A stretch of DNA of 64,000 bases from an uncultured Verrucomicrobiae bacterium. GTDB lineage: Bacteria; Verrucomicrobiota; Verrucomicrobiia; Palsa-1439. The notes below the pieces were generated by a model, which did no database searches, was not told the DNA's origin, and worked only from the letters and a program-made list of their open reading frames with translations. Position numbers and translations under genes: made by a program. Positions 45,958-57,630 of the stretch are shown here, one piece after another. The stretch spans positions 736,001-800,000 of the forward strand of contig CAWEWF010000014.1 of assembly GCA_963812605.1 (NCBI GenBank), read 5' to 3'. Every line of letters starts with the position of its first letter. The stretch's first letter is position 1.

Positions 45958-46569
45958 TTATCTAGAATAAAATTCGACGATCAACTGTTCGTTAACGATT
46001 GGCTGAATGTCATCCCGTGATGGAATGCGAACAACCTGTCCTTTGAAGGCATCCCGGGTAAAATTGATCCAACTGGGCACGGGACGCACCTGCGCTGACT
46101 CCAAACTCTTCGTGGCCAATTGGCGGGTGGCAGGGGTTTCACGGACCTCAATCACATCGCCCGGTTTCACATTGAATGACGGGGACGATACCTTGCGGCC
46201 GTTTACGCGAATGTGGCCATGGGTGACCATCTGCCGGGCCGCGGGGCGCGTCGTTGCAAAACCGATGCGAAAAACGACGTTGTCGAGACGTGTTTCGAGC
46301 AACTGGAGCAGCGTTTCTCCTGTAACACCCCGTTTTTTCAGCGCTTTTTCGAACATGCGGCGGAATTGCGCCTCCATCAGTCCGTATTGGTAACGCAACT
46401 TTTGCTTCTCCGCCAAACCCAGGCCGTAATCGCTCTGCTTGCGACGTGACTTTTTCGGCCCATGCACACCGGGTGGATACGCGCGGCGCTCCAGGTACTT
46501 CGATGGGCCGAATATCGGTTGACCGAATCGGCGGCTGATGCGAACTCGTGGTCCTTTATATCGTGCCAT
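45958..46569 (-). CDS. rpsD: 30S ribosomal protein S4
   Basis: EKQKLR, LETRLDNVVFR, IVEFYSR. Confidence 0.97.
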   Translation of the reverse strand: MARYKGPRVRISRRFGQPIFGPSKYLERRAYPPGVHGPKKSRRKQSDYGLGLAEKQKLRYQYGLMEAQFRRMFEKALKKRGVTGETLLQLLETRLDNVVFRIGFATTRPAARQMVTHGHIRVNGRKVSSPSFNVKPGDVIEVRETPATRQLATKSLESAQVRPVPSWINFTRDAFKGQVVRIPSRDDIQPIVNEQLIVEFYSR

Positions 46570-46587
46570 GGTAACGAAATCTCCTGC

Positions 46588-47139
46588 TTAGACGCGGCGG
46601 CGCTTCGGCGGCCGACAGCCGTTGTGTGGGACCGGCGTTACGTCCTTGATTACTGTGATCTCCAAGCCGATGGCCTGCAGCGCGCGGATCGCGGCTTCAC
46701 GTCCGGTCCCAGGCCCTTTTACCCATACCTCAATTTCCTTCAGTCCATGCGCCATCCCCTGCCGCGCAGCGTCCTGCGCCACCAATTGCGCCGCATACGC
46801 CGTGCTTTTGCGGGAGCCTTTGAAGCCGACACGACCCGCGCTCGACCATCCGATCACCTTGCCCTTGAGATCGGTAATCGACACCACCGTGTTGTTGAAT
46901 GTCGCCATAATGTGGGCGATGCCCTGAAAGACATTCTTACTGTGCTTGGCCTTGACGACCTTCTTGGCCACTTCGCCTTCCGCCAGCGCCTCGGCAGCCG
47001 TCGTCGGCACCGTGGACACTACAGGCGCGGCAACGGCTCCCGTCGCCTCGGCCTTCGGCGCGGGGGCGCCGGCCTCGACAGCGGGGGCCGCGGATTTCGC
47101 TTTTGGTTCTTCAGGTTTCTTTTGTGCTTCTTTAGCCAT
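46588..47139 (-). CDS. rpsK: 30S ribosomal protein S11 with N-terminal extension
   Basis: [24 protein letters not shown]. Confidence 0.97.
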   Translation of the reverse strand: MAKEAQKKPEEPKAKSAAPAVEAGAPAPKAEATGAVAAPVVSTVPTTAAEALAEGEVAKKVVKAKHSKNVFQGIAHIMATFNNTVVSITDLKGKVIGWSSAGRVGFKGSRKSTAYAAQLVAQDAARQGMAHGLKEIEVWVKGPGTGREAAIRALQAIGLEITVIKDVTPVPHNGCRPPKRRRV

Positions 47140-47165
47140 CGGGCTCCTTCAAATTGGCACCACGA

Positions 47166-47558
47166 TCAGGCCTTGGGGGCCGACTTGGATTCCTTGGCGC
47201 GAACAACGCCGACCGTCTTGCGCGGTCCTTTGCGTGTGCGCGCGTTCGTCGATGTGCGCTGACCGCGTACCGGCAGGCCCTTCTTGTGGCGCGTGCCGCG
47301 GTAACAATTAATGCTCATCAACCGTTTGATATTGGTCTGTAACTCCCGGCGCAGGTCGCCTTCGATTCGATAGGTCTGCAGCACGGTCGACAAGTGCGAA
47401 AGCTGTTCGTCATTCAAGTCCTTCGACCGAACGTTCGGATCAACCTTCGCCTTGTCGCACACCTGCAGCGCGGTCGTTGGACCGATTCCGTAAATGTAAC
47501 GGAGAGCGATCCCGATTTTCTTTTGGTCCGGTACTTCCACACCGATCAAACGTGCCAT
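47166..47558 (-). CDS. rpsM: 30S ribosomal protein S13
   Basis: [18 protein letters not shown]. Confidence 0.97.
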   Translation of the reverse strand: MARLIGVEVPDQKKIGIALRYIYGIGPTTALQVCDKAKVDPNVRSKDLNDEQLSHLSTVLQTYRIEGDLRRELQTNIKRLMSINCYRGTRHKKGLPVRGQRTSTNARTRKGPRKTVGVVRAKESKSAPKA

Positions 47559-47568
47559 AGCTACACCT

Positions 47569-47682
47569 CTACCCTTGACGCTGTTTGTGACGCGGATTGG
47601 TGCAAATGACGCGCACCACTCCTTTGCGCCGCACGACTTTGCAGCGCTCGCACAACCGCTTCACCGAAGGTTTGACTTTCAT
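47569..47682 (-). CDS. rpmJ: 50S ribosomal protein L36
   Basis: Translated by hand: [37 protein letters not shown]. Confidence 0.95.
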   Translation of the reverse strand: MKVKPSVKRLCERCKVVRRKGVVRVICTNPRHKQRQG

Positions 47683-47707
47683 AGTTCTCTTGTTTCCTTA
47701 CCGCTCG

Positions 47708-47923
47708 TTACTGCCGAAATGTAATCCGGCCCTTGCCCAAATCGTACGGTGACATCTCAATCATCACCTTGTCGCCCGGCAGCAGCCGAATGAAATGCAG
47801 CCGCATCTTACCTGAAATGTGCGCCAAAATTCGATGTTTATTCGGCAACTCCACCCGAAACATCGTGTTCGGCAACAATTCGACTACCGTGCCTTCGACT
47901 CGTATGGGCTCTTCCTTAGCCAC
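47708..47923 (-). CDS. infA: Translation initiation factor IF-1
   Basis: GTG start, [10 protein letters not shown]...AHISGKMR...SPYDL. Confidence 0.95.
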   Translation of the reverse strand: MAKEEPIRVEGTVVELLPNTMFRVELPNKHRILAHISGKMRLHFIRLLPGDKVMIEMSPYDLGKGRITFRQ

Positions 47924-48660
47924 GTCAAAATCTCTGCATCTCCGTCCGTTACGAGTACCGTGTGCTCGAAGTGCGCGCTGGGCGCCCCGTCGGCAGACAC
48001 CACGGTCCAACCATCACTCAACATCACCACATCGCTCGTGCCGGCGTTGATCATCGGCTCGATCGCCAGCGTCATTCCCGCCTTCAACTTCGGCCCGTCC
48101 CCGGACCGGCCGTAGTTCGGAATCTGCGGCTCTTCGTGCATTTTCCGTCCCACGCCATGACCGACAAACTCACGCACCACCGAAAACCCGTGCGACTCTA
48201 CCATCGTCTGCACCGCGTACGAGATGTCGCCCACCCGATTCCCCGCCCGCGCCGCCGCGATGCCGGCCTGCAACGCCCGTTGCGTCACCTGTAACAACTG
48301 CTGTGTTCGCGCCTCGACAACGCCGACGGCCACTGTCGTCGCATTATCACCGACAAATCCATCCAAAATGATGCCGATATCGAGACTGACAATGTCACCA
48401 TACTGCACGCGCCGCTTGCTCGGGATGCCGTGCACGACTTCCTCGTTCACGGAAACGCAAATGTGCCCCGGATACCCTTTGTATCCAAGGAACGGGCTTT
48501 TGCCCCCGACCTTCGCGATCAATGCCGCCGCAACGTCATTCAATTCCGCGGTCGTGCGTCCGGGTTGAACCTCCCGTGCCACCGCAGCCAGCGTCTCCGC
48601 CGCCGCGTTGCAGGCGGCCCGCATCCTTTCAATCTCTTCTGGCGTCTTGATCACGATCAC
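47884..48660 (-). CDS. map: Methionine aminopeptidase
   Basis: [26 protein letters not shown]. Confidence 0.95.
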   Translation of the reverse strand: MIVIKTPEEIERMRAACNAAAETLAAVAREVQPGRTTAELNDVAAALIAKVGGKSPFLGYKGYPGHICVSVNEEVVHGIPSKRRVQYGDIVSLDIGIILDGFVGDNATTVAVGVVEARTQQLLQVTQRALQAGIAAARAGNRVGDISYAVQTMVESHGFSVVREFVGHGVGRKMHEEPQIPNYGRSGDGPKLKAGMTLAIEPMINAGTSDVVMLSDGWTVVSADGAPSAHFEHTVLVTDGDAEILTWLRKSPYESKAR

Positions 48661-49311
48661 GTCGGCAGCAATCCCACAATGTCCGCAAGCACCTTGTCCT
48701 TGGCCTGGCCACCGTCCACGCGCTTCAGGACCCCCGCCCGCTCGTAGTACTTTACCACATCCAGGGTCAACTCGCGGTAGACATCCAGCCGCTTCCGCAC
48801 CGTTTCAGCCGTATCGTCCGCGCGCTGGGTAAGCTGGCCGCCACATTTGTCGCAAATCCCCGCGCGTTGTGGCGGCACAAACTCGCTATGATACAGGCCG
48901 CCGCATTTTTCACAACTCAGCCGGCCGAGCACTCGCCGCACAATGTCGGCCTCCCGGACATCAAGCAGGATGGCAACCGTGACGGGCATCCCTTTCTCGC
49001 CCAGCACACGGTCAAATGCCTCCGCCTGGGCTCGAGTTCGCGGAAATCCATCGAAGATGAAACCGCCCTCCCGGCCATGTTCGTCCAGCCAAAGCCGTAC
49101 GACTTCAATCGTGATTTTGTCAGGCACCAACTGCCCTTTGTCAATGAACTGCTTCGCCGCTTCACCCACCGGCCCACCTTTGCGAATCGCCTCGCGGAAC
49201 ATCTGTCCCGTCGAGACGTGCGGCAGGCCATACACCGTACTGAGCGCGGCCGCCGCCGTGCCCTTGCCCGATGCCGGGCGGTCCCAAAAATACCAGGCGC
49301 TGGTGACCCAC
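48657..49311 (-). CDS. adk: Adenylate kinase, frameshift in the P-loop near 49275
   Basis: LVFLGPP and ASGKGT lie in different frames; HVSTG, DGFPRT, Cys4 lid. Confidence 0.9.
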
Positions 49312-49333
49312 GTCAGTCACCCTCTTACCGCCG

Positions 49334-50678
49334 TTAGAGGCGACCCCGCAATTTGCCTTTGCGCAAAAAACCATCGTAGTGACGCATCACCAGATGCGAC
49401 TCGACCTGGCGCATCGTATCCAACATCACGCCGACCGTAATCAACAAACTCGTTCCGCCAAAAAAACTCGCCGTCAAATACGGCAGCCGAAAATCGTGTG
49501 ACAAAATGTAAGGAATCACCGCAATGACCGTCAAGAAGACCGCGCCGGCCAACGTGATGCGTGTCATCGTATGATCCAGGTATTCCGCTGTCGGCCAGCC
49601 CGCAGATCCCCGGCACGTAGCCACCGTACCGCTTTAAATCGTCCGCGATTTGCAGCGGATTGAATTGCGTGGCCACCCAAAAATACGAGAAGAACAAAAT
49701 CATCGTGCCGTAAATCGTGAGATAGAGCACCTCGCCTTCCGTCAAGGCGCGTGACAGCTTCTGAAATGTCGGCATTTGCAACATGGAAAACAATTTCGCG
49801 GGGAAAAGCAAAATCGCCTGGGCGAAAATAATGGGCATGACACCTGAATAGTTGATTTTCAAGGGCATAAAGGTCTGCCCGCCGCCCAGCATCTTGCGCC
49901 CCACCATTCGCTTTGCATATTGGACGGGAATCTTCCGCTCCGCTTCGGTCACCGCAATGACGGCGGCGGTCACCGTGACCGCCATGACCAGGAGCAAAAT
50001 CGCATGGAGTGCATTAAACTGGCTTTGGGGTCCGATAAACAAACGCCACGTAAGACCGATTGCCCGCGGCAAACGATCGACAATACCCACGGTGATAATG
50101 ATCGACATCCCGTTGCCAATCCCGCGCTCCGTGATTTGCTCGCCCACCCACATCAGCAAAACCGTCCCACTGGTAATCGTAATGACTGTTAAGATCTCAA
50201 AGCCCAGTCCGGGATGGGCCACCAGTACACCCCGGAAGCCTTGAAAAAGTTGCCCCGGGTTTTCGAACATCCTCGCCAAAAACCAGCTCTGGACAATGCA
50301 AAGGGCGACGGTCATATAGCGCGAGTACTGGATGATTTTTGCGCGACCGGTCTCACCCTCCTGCTTGAGGCGTTCCAACGATGGCATCACTGCCGTCAGC
50401 AGCATCATGATGATCGAGGCGCTGATATACGGCATGACGCCAAGGGCGAAGACAGCGCATTGTTGCAGCGCGCCACCGGTCAGCATGTCCGCCAATCCAA
50501 CGATGCTGCCGCCCACTTGCTTTTGCACGTCCGCCATGTAGACGTTCAATTCGGTGGGATTTACGCCCGGGCAGGGAATATTCGCGCCGAGTCGCGCAAT
50601 CGCAACCATGCCGAGCGTAAAGAGAATCCGTCGACGCAGTTCGGGGATTTTCCAGCAGTTGAGGAACGCGGAGAACAT
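49334..50678 (-). CDS. secY: Preprotein translocase SecY, frameshift near 49605
   Basis: LGVMPYISASII, GIGNGMS, GVMPIIFA; C-terminus (GGTSLLITVGV) in ORF 49334-49624. Confidence 0.93.
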
Positions 50679-50698
50679 ACGTGGTCAACAATCGCCCG

Positions 50699-51220
50699 CT
50701 ACTTGTCCCCCGCGGGTGGCTTCGCCGCGGCCGCTGGCACGACCGCTTCCTTATGGTGAATGCTGCGCAGCGGCAGATCTTCACACTGGCCGCCCGCTTT
50801 CGTGATTTTTTCGCGCGCTGCTGCGCTGAAGCGTTGGGCTTTCACCGTCAACTTCTTCTTCAACTCACCATTGCCGAGCACCTTCACGCCTTCAAACAGT
50901 TTGTCAGCAAGACCGGCCTCCGTGAGCGCTTCCGGTGTGACCGTCGCGCCGTTATCGAATGCGTTGAGCTGCTCGACGTTGACGATCGCGTAAATCGTCC
51001 GAAAGTTGGCGTTGTTAAAGCCCCGCTTCGGAATTCGGCGCAGCAAGGGCATCTGGCCACCTTCGAACCCAAGCCGAATCGAACCGCCAGAGCGCGCGGT
51101 CTGGCCTTTGCCGCCCCGGCCGCTCGTCTTGCCGTGTCCCGAACTCTCGCCGATGCCCAGGCGCTTCGTCCGGTGCTTCGCACCGGGCCGCGGCTTCAAA
51201 TTGTGCAATCGCATCGTCAT
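50699..51220 (-). CDS. rplO: 50S ribosomal protein L15
   Basis: [18 protein letters not shown]. Confidence 0.96.
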   Translation of the reverse strand: MTMRLHNLKPRPGAKHRTKRLGIGESSGHGKTSGRGGKGQTARSGGSIRLGFEGGQMPLLRRIPKRGFNNANFRTIYAIVNVEQLNAFDNGATVTPEALTEAGLADKLFEGVKVLGNGELKKKLTVKAQRFSAAAREKITKAGGQCEDLPLRSIHHKEAVVPAAAAKPPAGDK

Positions 51221-51221
51221 C

Positions 51222-51815
51222 TTAGCTGACCCCCGCGGCCGCTTGTCTCGCCAAACCACGCACGCGGAAAATCTCTTCCCGTGGACGCAACTGCAACAGC
51301 GCATCGATCGTCGCCTTCACTACGTTCACGGCATTGCTCGAACCCAGCGATTTCGTCAACACATCCCGGACCCCGGCGGCTTCGATGACCGCACGCACGC
51401 CGCCGCCCGCGATGACGCCCGTGCCCGGCGACGCGGGACGCAGCAACACGCGACCGCCGCCAAACACGCCAAGTACTTCGTGCGGAATCGTCGAGTTTCT
51501 TCGATTGATCGACACCATGGATTTCTTCGCCTGATCGGTGCCCTTGCGGATGGCATCCGCGACTTCATTGGCTTTGCCGAAGCCCCAGCCCACGTGACCG
51601 CGACGGTCGCCCGCGACCACCAGGGCGCTAAAATGAAAACGGCGCCCGCCTTTGACGACCTTGGCGCTGCGGTTGACATAGACAACCTTCTCAATGATCT
51701 CGCCGCCCCCGCGTTCGAGTTCGACACCCAATTCCTCAACGACCGCCACGGGCAAGCCGTCCTTGTCCTTGGGAGCTATCGGTTTTGCAATCTTCGGTCT
51801 CTTGTCAGGTGCCAT
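51222..51815 (-). CDS. rpsE: 30S ribosomal protein S5
   Basis: [17 protein letters not shown]. Confidence 0.96.
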   Translation of the reverse strand: MAPDKRPKIAKPIAPKDKDGLPVAVVEELGVELERGGGEIIEKVVYVNRSAKVVKGGRRFHFSALVVAGDRRGHVGWGFGKANEVADAIRKGTDQAKKSMVSINRRNSTIPHEVLGVFGGGRVLLRPASPGTGVIAGGGVRAVIEAAGVRDVLTKSLGSSNAVNVVKATIDALLQLRPREEIFRVRGLARQAAAGVS

Positions 51816-51816
51816 A

Positions 51817-52173
51817 TTAGAATTTCAATCCTGCTTCGCGCGCCGCGTCCGCCAACGCCTTGACACGCCCGTGATACCGCAACCCACCGCGGTCGAAAAC
51901 GACCTCGGTGATCTTTTTCGCCTTGGCGTTTTCCGCAGCCAGTTGCCCAACCTTCTTCGCGCCCTCGACCGTGCCCTTCGCGCCCTTCAACTCCGTCGCC
52001 ACCGTGCTGGCAGCGGCCAGGGTCACGCGCTTGACGTCGTCGATAAATTGGACGTAGATGTGCTTGCTCGTAACGCAAACGCTCATCCGCGGCCGTTGCG
52101 CCGTGCCCCGGATCTTCTGCCGCAACCGCAGATGTCGGCGTTGTCGTGCTTCAACTCTGTTTCTTGGAATCAT
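51817..52173 (-). CDS. rplR: 50S ribosomal protein L18
   Basis: [27 protein letters not shown]. Confidence 0.96.
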   Translation of the reverse strand: MIPRNRVEARQRRHLRLRQKIRGTAQRPRMSVCVTSKHIYVQFIDDVKRVTLAAASTVATELKGAKGTVEGAKKVGQLAAENAKAKKITEVVFDRGGLRYHGRVKALADAAREAGLKF

Positions 52174-52187
52174 GCTCTTACACCCAA

Positions 52188-52746
52188 TTAGCCCGCCGTG
52201 GTGACGGTCTTCCCCGCCTTGCGGCGCACTTGCTCGCCGACATAGCGGATACCCTTGCCCTTGTACGGCTCGGGCGGATAGAAGCGCCGAATGCGCGCCG
52301 CCACCTCGCCGACCATCTGTTTGTCCGGACCTTCAATCGTAATCTCCGGTTTCTTGTCCGCGGTGTCCGCCACCGAAACCTTCACACCCTTCGGAATCGC
52401 GAAGACGATCGGATGCGAATAACCGAGGGACATCTGCAAATTCGTTCCCTGCACGGCCGCGCGGAAGCCCACGCCCTCCACATGCAGTTTCTTCATGTAA
52501 CCTTCGTTGACGCCCTTGACCATGTTGGCGATCAAACTCCGCGACAATCCCCAACGGGACTTGCCGACACGGTCAAGCTGCGCCGTGGTCACGATAACCT
52601 TGCCGTCTTTCACTTCGATTTTGATCGGCGAGGGCACGATCCACTCCAACTTGCCCTTCGGCCCTTCGACATGAGATCGCCTGGCCCTTCACCTCGACCT
52701 TGGTCTTGGCCGTGATCTCAACAGGTTTTTTGCCAATCCGTGACAT
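52188..52746 (-). CDS. rplF: 50S ribosomal protein L6, frameshift near 52675
   Basis: MSRIGKKP start at 52746; [11 protein letters not shown]. Confidence 0.93.
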
Positions 52747-52752
52747 AATGCA

Positions 52753-53151
52753 TCACCAAACGTACGCCAAAAGCTCTCCCCCCACCCTGGCCTTCTTGGC
52801 CTCGTGGCCGGTCATAATCCCGCGTGAAGTCGTGAGAATCGAAATCCCCATCCCGCCCAGCACACGCGGTACATCCTGCGAACCGACATACCGCCGCAAG
52901 CCCGGTCGGCTGATGCGCTTGATGCCGACGATCGCTCGCTCCTTGCCAATAATCTTGAGCTGGATCTTCAACACCTGGCGGCCGTTCTCCAGCTTTTCCG
53001 CGTAAAAATCCGCGATATACCCCTGCCGTTTCAGCACTTTTGCAATCTCCGCCTTCAGGCGGGAGTAGGGCACCAGCACGTCGGGTTTGAGCGCGCTGTT
53101 CGCGTTGCGAATCCGCGTCAACATATCGCCAATGGAATCAGTTACGTTCAT
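52753..53151 (-). CDS. rpsH: 30S ribosomal protein S8
   Basis: DMLTRIRNA, SRPGLRRY. Confidence 0.96.
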   Translation of the reverse strand: MNVTDSIGDMLTRIRNANSALKPDVLVPYSRLKAEIAKVLKRQGYIADFYAEKLENGRQVLKIQLKIIGKERAIVGIKRISRPGLRRYVGSQDVPRVLGGMGISILTTSRGIMTGHEAKKARVGGELLAYVW

Positions 53152-53155
53152 CGAA

Positions 53156-53341
53156 TCACCAGCTCGCTTTCACCACGCCGGGGACTTTGCCCTGGCTGGC
53201 CAACTCGCGAAAGCAAATGCGGCAAATCTGGAAACGTCGGATGTAGGCGTGCCGGCGACCGCAGTTCTGGCAGCGGTTGTACTGCCGCGAACTGAATTTT
53301 GCGGGCCGACGCTGCTTCACTTCCCAGGTTACTTTCGCCAT
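53156..53341 (-). CDS. rpsN: 30S ribosomal protein S14, zinc-binding type Z
   Basis: CQNCGR...CRICFRE. Confidence 0.95.
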   Translation of the reverse strand: MAKVTWEVKQRRPAKFSSRQYNRCQNCGRRHAYIRRFQICRICFRELASQGKVPGVVKASW

Positions 53342-53352
53342 AGCTCGATCCT

Positions 53353-53889
53353 TTAACTGCTGAACGGCATCCCCAGCAGCTTCAAAAGCTCCTTCGCTTC
53401 CGCATCCGTGTTTGCCGTGGTTACAATCGTTACGTCCATGCCCAGGTTGTGCTTGATCTTGTCCAGCTCAACCTCGGGGAAAATCGTTTGGTCTTTCACA
53501 CCCATCGTATAGCTGCCCCGGCCATCGAATCCACGCGGGTTCATCCCGCGAAAATCGCGAATGCGTGGCAACGCGGCGTTGAAGAACCGCTCAAGGAACT
53601 CGTACATCCGCGCCCCCCGCAAGGTCACCTTCGCGCCGACGGGCATGCCTTCGCGAACTTTGAAATTGGAGATGCTCTTCTTCGCCTTGGTGACCAGGGC
53701 CTTCTGGCCGGTGATCGTGGCCAACTCCTGCTGGGCCTCGTTGATCACGTCCTTGTCGTGGTTGGCGTTGACGCCCATGTTGAGCACAACCTTCTCAACC
53801 TTCGGCACCTGCATCCGATTGGTGTAACGACCGCCCTTCAGAAGCTGCTCGACCACATCCTTCTTATAGAATTCGTAAAGCTGGACCAT
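53353..53889 (-). CDS. rplE: 50S ribosomal protein L5
   Basis: [13 protein letters not shown]. Confidence 0.96.
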   Translation of the reverse strand: MVQLYEFYKKDVVEQLLKGGRYTNRMQVPKVEKVVLNMGVNANHDKDVINEAQQELATITGQKALVTKAKKSISNFKVREGMPVGAKVTLRGARMYEFLERFFNAALPRIRDFRGMNPRGFDGRGSYTMGVKDQTIFPEVELDKIKHNLGMDVTIVTTANTDAEAKELLKLLGMPFSS

Positions 53890-53898
53890 ATAAATCGA

Positions 53899-54177
53899 TT
53901 ACGCCTCTGCGGTTGCCGGCGCCGCATGCTTCTTGCGTCGCGCCTCGTACCGCTCTTGTTTCATCACCTTGGAAATCTGGATCGGCGCTTCCTTGGTAAT
54001 AATCCCACCCCGGGGATTGTCCTGGCTCTTTCGCATCGCCTTTTTGATGACGTTAACCCCTTCGACCAGCACACGGTTCTTTTCCGGATAAGTCGCCAGC
54101 ACCTTGCCGATCTTGCCCCGTTCCTCGCCGGCGATTACCACTACCATGTCGTCGCGTTTCACGTGCAAGTTCTTCAT
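53899..54177 (-). CDS. rplX: 50S ribosomal protein L24
   Basis: KOW motif, VEGVN, EAPI. Confidence 0.95.
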   Translation of the reverse strand: MKNLHVKRDDMVVVIAGEERGKIGKVLATYPEKNRVLVEGVNVIKKAMRKSQDNPRGGIITKEAPIQISKVMKQERYEARRKKHAAPATAEA

Positions 54178-54180
54178 GAC

Positions 54181-54546
54181 CTAGAGCACCTCGGGGGCGA
54201 GAGAAATGATCTTCGTAAAGTTCTTGTCGCGCAGCTCACGCGCCACAGGTCCAAAAATACGCGTTCCCTTCGGGTTCTGCTGATCGTCAATGATCACGAC
54301 GGCGTTGTTGTCGAATCGCACGTAGGAACCGTCGGACCGTCGTAGTGGCGAACGCGTGCGCACCACCACACAGGTTACAACTTCGCCCTTCTTCACCGTT
54401 CCATCGGGCGCCGCTTCCTTGACGTGGGCCTTGATGACATCGCCAATCCGCGCATAGCGCTTCTGGTGTCCCAGCACGCCTATCGCCCATGCCACCCGAG
54501 CGCCAGTGTTGTCCGCGACATCCAGATGGGTGCGAATCTGGATCAT
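54181..54546 (-). CDS. rplN: 50S ribosomal protein L14
   Basis: [26 protein letters not shown]. Confidence 0.97.
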   Translation of the reverse strand: MIQIRTHLDVADNTGARVAWAIGVLGHQKRYARIGDVIKAHVKEAAPDGTVKKGEVVTCVVVRTRSPLRRSDGSYVRFDNNAVVIIDDQQNPKGTRIFGPVARELRDKNFTKIISLAPEVL

Positions 54547-54833
54547 ACTTCGACCTTCTCAATCCCCGTCGCCTTCTCCACGACCTGTACCAGGCGCCAC
54601 CGCTTCAGCTTGCTCAGCGGCCGGGATTCCACGATGCGCACTTTGTCACCCACGCCGGCCTCGCTTTTTTCATCATGCGCGTAGAATTTCTTGTACAACA
54701 TCATGACCTTCTGGTACCGCGGATGGCGGACACGGCGCGCCACCTCGACGACAATGGTCTTATCCATTTTGTCGCTGATGACTTCACCCACCAACTGCCG
54801 TTTCTTGCTCTCGCTTGTCGCTTGGTCCGTCAT
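54543..54833 (-). CDS. rpsQ: 30S ribosomal protein S17
   Basis: [21 protein letters not shown]. Confidence 0.95.
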   Translation of the reverse strand: MTDQATSESKKRQLVGEVISDKMDKTIVVEVARRVRHPRYQKVMMLYKKFYAHDEKSEAGVGDKVRIVESRPLSKLKRWRLVQVVEKATGIEKVEV

Positions 54834-54867
54834 GTTGAATCCGAAATCTTTCCGTCGGTCTGGGTCT

Positions 54868-55080
54868 TTACCTGGCCGCTGCCGCAGCGGCCGGGAGTTG
54901 TCGCTCCCGCAAAATGGTTTCGATCCGCGCCATGGCACGCCGCACTTCCCGGATGCGACTCGGGCGCTCAAGCCTCGCGGTCTGTTGCTGAAGCCGCAGG
55001 TTGAACAACTCCTGCCGAAGGTCACGTAGTTTGGCCTGTGCCTCCGCATCTGTCAACTCACGGATTTCTTTTGCTTTCAT
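54868..55080 (-). CDS. rpmC: 50S ribosomal protein L29
   Basis: [10 protein letters not shown]...ELFNLRLQ. Confidence 0.95.
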   Translation of the reverse strand: MKAKEIRELTDAEAQAKLRDLRQELFNLRLQQQTARLERPSRIREVRRAMARIETILRERQLPAAAAAAR

Positions 55081-55088
55081 GTCGCTGT

Positions 55089-55499
55089 CTACCGCCTGGT
55101 TACAAACCGTGTCGCAATCGGTAGCTTGGACGCCGCCAATCGAAATGACTCGCGCGCCAGGACTTCCGTTACGCCGCCCAACTCGAACAACACATTTCCC
55201 GGCCGCACCACCGCCACCCATGTCTCCGGCGGGCCTTTGCCCTTGCCCATGCGCGTTTCGGGCGGTCGCTTGGTGATCGGCTTGTCCGGGAACACGCGAA
55301 TCCACAATTTCCCCCGACGTTTCATATTACGCGACAGGGCGACGCGACAAGCTTCGAGTTGCGTCGTGGTCACCCAGGCGCGGTCCAAAGCTTGCAAACC
55401 GTATTCGCCAAAGGCGACCGTGGCGCCGCGCCACGCGGTACCAGTACGGCTGCCCCGTTGGGCTTTCCGGTACTTCACTCTTTTGGGCATCATTGCCAT
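55089..55499 (-). CDS. rplP: 50S ribosomal protein L16
   Basis: RMGKGKG. Confidence 0.96.
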   Translation of the reverse strand: MAMMPKRVKYRKAQRGSRTGTAWRGATVAFGEYGLQALDRAWVTTTQLEACRVALSRNMKRRGKLWIRVFPDKPITKRPPETRMGKGKGPPETWVAVVRPGNVLFELGGVTEVLARESFRLAASKLPIATRFVTRR

Positions 55500-55533
55500 A
55501 ATTTCGAAATTCCTCGGCGACTTCTTCCCTCCG

Positions 55534-56220
55534 CTAGAGCGACGGGGCCGGGCCCACCGGCAACGGCGTGGCCTGCGGCGGTTGCACCGCCCGCAAGGGA
55601 CGTTCGCCCTTGCAGATCCAAACCTTCACGCCAATCTTGCCGTAAACCGTCTGGGCTTCGGCGAATCCATAATCGATGTCCGCGCGCAACGTGTGCAGCG
55701 GAATTTTGCCGACACGGTACTTCTCGTGCCGCGCCAATTCAGCGCCGCCGAGCCGACCGCCACAGGCGACCTTGATCCCCTGCGCACCAAAATCCATCGC
55801 CGTCTGCACGGACTTCTTCATCGCGCGACGGAAACTGATGCGGCGCTCCAGTTGCAACGCGATATTTTCCGCCACCAACTGCGCGTCGGTTTCCGGTGTC
55901 TTGACCTCAAGAATATCGACGTAAATCTCCTTGCCCGTAAGCGCTGCCAACTCCTCTTTCAGTTTGTCGATCTCCGCGCCTTTGCGTCCGATGACAATCC
56001 CCGGACGAGCGGTCGAAATTGTAATGCGCGCACGGTTGGCATAGCGTTCGATGGCGATCTTCGGGACGGCCGCTGACGCCAGCTTCTTCTTCACGATCTC
56101 GCGAATCTTGATGTCTTCGAGTAACAGTGGCGCGTAGTCCTTCTTGTCGGCATACCACTTGGAGAGCCAGTCCTTGGTGACGGCCACGCGAAAACCAATC
56201 GGATTCGTTTTTTGTCCCAT
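55534..56220 (-). CDS. rpsC: 30S ribosomal protein S3
   Basis: [22 protein letters not shown]. Confidence 0.97.
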   Translation of the reverse strand: MGQKTNPIGFRVAVTKDWLSKWYADKKDYAPLLLEDIKIREIVKKKLASAAVPKIAIERYANRARITISTARPGIVIGRKGAEIDKLKEELAALTGKEIYVDILEVKTPETDAQLVAENIALQLERRISFRRAMKKSVQTAMDFGAQGIKVACGGRLGGAELARHEKYRVGKIPLHTLRADIDYGFAEAQTVYGKIGVKVWICKGERPLRAVQPPQATPLPVGPAPSL

Positions 56221-56223
56221 AAT

Positions 56224-56565
56224 TTATTGTCCGTCTGTCAATATGATCTGGATGTGCGCTGTCCGTTTGATGATCGGACCCGCACTGCCGCGCGCCTTCG
56301 GTTGCCAGCGTTTGAGCCGCGGCCCTTCGTTGGCAACCGCTTCTTTGACGCGCAAGAGCGCCGGGTCGAGCTTGTGACTGTTCGGATCGGTCGCGTTGGC
56401 GATCGCCGACTTCAATGTCTTTTCAATCATCCGCGCCGATTTGCGTGGAATAACCCGCAGCACTTCCAGCGCGCTCGAGGCGCTCAAGCCCTGGATCAAA
56501 CGCGTCACTTCGCCGACTTTCGACGGACTCATGCGCGCATATTTCGTTATCGCTCTTACTTCCAT
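56224..56565 (-). CDS. rplV: 50S ribosomal protein L22
   Basis: LKSAIANA, PKARG, KRTAHI. Confidence 0.96.
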   Translation of the reverse strand: MEVRAITKYARMSPSKVGEVTRLIQGLSASSALEVLRVIPRKSARMIEKTLKSAIANATDPNSHKLDPALLRVKEAVANEGPRLKRWQPKARGSAGPIIKRTAHIQIILTDGQ

Positions 56566-56575
56566 AAAATCACTT

Positions 56576-57333
56576 TCACGAACTCTTCGTCACCCGCGCG
56601 ACATCTCTTGTCTTGAGGGTGACTTTCCTATCCAACCGCTCGATCAACGCGCCGCAAATCCGCTGGCGCACTTCAACGATCCTTAATTCCGCCACTACCC
56701 GATCGCCCCGCACACCGCCAATGGCATACCGACCCGCGCTCCTTGAAGCAACCCGATATTCAATACCACAACCCGCAGATTCGGGTTCACGTCCAACACC
56801 GTCGCCGCTTCCAGCGTCCCCTCGGCGGCTTTCCCCGCGGGAGCAGCCGGTGGTTGTTCACTCGTCGCCAGCAGCGCCCTTGACCGCGCGAGTTCGCCGG
56901 CCACATCCCCCGACTTCTGGATTGCGCCCAGCAATCGCTGCAGTTGCTCAATCAAGCGCTGTCGCTCGGCCTCCGCGAGATACAACGCGCGGACGCTTTC
57001 GACGAGTTGGCGCTGCGCCTGCGTCGTTGTCTCATCGGCAAAATTCACGCCGAGCGTCTGCGCCCGAAGCTGCGCGTCGCTCCACTTTTTCTGGAACAAC
57101 TCGCTCTCCGTTCGGGCAATCGCCAGATTCTCGGTGAGCAGGCGAATGATCGTCTCACGTTGCTCTAACTCCGTCTTGAGCCGTTGATTGTCGCCGGTGA
57201 GTTTTTCAACCAACACCCGCAACTCTTCCATGGCCGCCGCCGGTGGCTGCGCTTCTTCAGCCGCCAACAGCCCTGTTGCTACAAAGAACAAACAAACCGT
57301 GCACACTCTCGTTCGCCTGCCAGGCACGGACAC
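56576..57333 (-). CDS. Exported coiled-coil hypothetical protein between rpsS and rplV, frameshift near 56715
   Basis: Signal peptide, heptad-rich core, C-terminal beta domain continuing as RGDRVVAELRIVEVR...VTKSS* in another frame. Confidence 0.7.
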
Positions 57334-57351
57334 AACCGCCTCCCGGCCGCG

Positions 57352-57630
57352 TTACTTCGCGACCGCCTTCTCAGTATGGGCTCCGTGCGCCTTAAAGGTG
57401 CGCGTCGGCGAAAATTCACCCAGGCGATGGCCCACCATATTTTCCGTCACAAAAACCGGCGTGTGCTGCCGTCCGTTGTGGACCAGAAACGTCTGGCCAA
57501 CAAATTCAGGGATAATCATCGACCGTCTTGACCAGGTCTTGATCGGCTTTTTCTCGCCGGCCTTTAGTGCTTCGACCTTCTTTAGAAGGTGATCATCGAC
57601 AAACGGGCCTTTTTTGAGCGACCGTCCCAT
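57352..57630 (-). CDS. rpsS: 30S ribosomal protein S19
   Basis: [17 protein letters not shown]. Confidence 0.97.
   Translation of the reverse strand: MGRSLKKGPFVDDHLLKKVEALKAGEKKPIKTWSRRSMIIPEFVGQTFLVHNGRQHTPVFVTENMVGHRLGEFSPTRTFKAHGAHTEKAVAK

Noticed and set aside
17499-52746. Pseudogenisation or programmed frameshifting of TROVE, adk, secY and rplF
   Set aside because: Essential genes are affected and no slippery-site pattern is shared; sequencing error is the simpler explanation.
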